This document shows positions 63,494-64,000 of a DNA stretch of 64,000 nt, piece by piece (positions within the stretch are counted from its first letter, which is position 1; each line of letters begins with the position of its first letter). The stretch is from assembly GCA_031378375.1 (NCBI GenBank), contig JANNEF010000342.1, forward strand, positions 4,156-68,155, written 5' to 3'. Source of the DNA: Verrucomicrobiota bacterium (GTDB taxonomy: Bacteria > Verrucomicrobiota > Verrucomicrobiia > Limisphaerales > JANNEF01). The position numbers and the translations under genes are program-made. Below the pieces are notes generated by a model. It did no database searches and was not told the origin of the DNA. It saw nothing but the letters and a program-made list of their open reading frames with translations.

Positions 63494-64000
63494 TAGTTTG
63501 TCCCTTCGATGAGTTGGATTTCTTCAGGCGTGAGGCCGTAGAGTTCATAGACGAGTAGATCGATTTGCTGGTCGGTGGCGGTGGCGGCGTTTTGCAGCGT
63601 GGCCTTTTCCGCGTCCGACGGGGCCGCGCGCAGCTTGGGCATCACTCCCAGATGTACCTTCGCGCCACCTGAGCAAATAACGCGGGGTCGCCAATCTGTT
63701 TTGCCAGCGCGGGTTTGAAGCGCGCCTTCCAAAAGCCGCCCTCGTCATGCACTCGCACATGGACACTGGACCTGCGCCACAGGTCCAGCAGCAGGATGAC
63801 TCGCTCGTGGCAGCGGACGAAATGATCGAGGCTGACCTGCGCCGCGTAGTAGGTCTTGCAGTACTCGTGCAATTCCCAGCGACTGTTCCGGCGCGGGCGG
63901 TAGGTTTTATGCCATTCGCCGGGAACGCGGGGCCGATGGCGGGTGAGACCAAACACCGCTGTCGCGCAACCCTCGCCCGGCCAGACCTCCACCAGCCAGC
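63493..64000 (-). pseudogene. 3' part of a restriction-modification-type gene with an apparent frame break (runs off window)
   Basis: The tail 'DQQIDLLVYELYGLTPEEIQLIEGTN*' is the C-terminal signature seen in Eco57I/TaqI-C type methyltransferase-endonucleases. The upstream part (63642..64000) is in another frame and open to the window edge. Confidence 0.35.

Noticed and set aside
1-64000. CRISPR arrays, IS elements/transposases, integrases, rRNA genes, polyketide/NRPS-type biosynthetic genes
   Set aside because: I scanned the ORF translations and the sequence for regularly spaced repeats and hallmark motifs and saw none. Reading by eye can miss short or degenerate elements.

Overview
GC-rich chromosomal window with about 45 credible protein genes plus tRNA-Ala(CGC) and tRNA-Gly(GCC). 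I recognised no rRNA, CRISPR array, transposase or integrase. The gene content suggests a PVC-superphylum genome (Verrucomicrobiota/Planctomycetota-like); this is inference only. The supporting genes are a PSCyt/DUF1549/DUF1553 + DUF1501 pair, a giant HYR/LamG surface protein, a CotH/lamin-tail protein, a fused MFS/spermidine-synthase, an IPTL-CTERM-like signal, and a GldA/F/G-like ABC set with DUF4340. Positions 1-59.4 kb are mostly core genes (rapA, eda, GH42 beta-galactosidase, deoC, trpF-like, ALDH, glcD-like, System II cytochrome c maturation resB/ccsA, glnD, ROK kinase, ABC exporters), interspersed with large secreted multidomain proteins. Positions 59.4-64 kb differ: G+C is lower, and four genes survive only as fragments, lying among three intact orphan genes of 335, 258 and 168 aa. 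The fragments are an SRAP/YedK gene split around a ~1.2 kb insert, a truncated N6/N4 DNA methyltransferase, a LamG tail remnant, and an RM-type C-terminal tail with a frame break. This is my best candidate for an accessory or defence-type island with uncharacterised content, but it runs off the window edge. All calls come from reading translated ORFs and motifs by eye; no database search was possible. Many long ORFs in the track are antisense shadow ORFs typical of GC-rich DNA and were not called.
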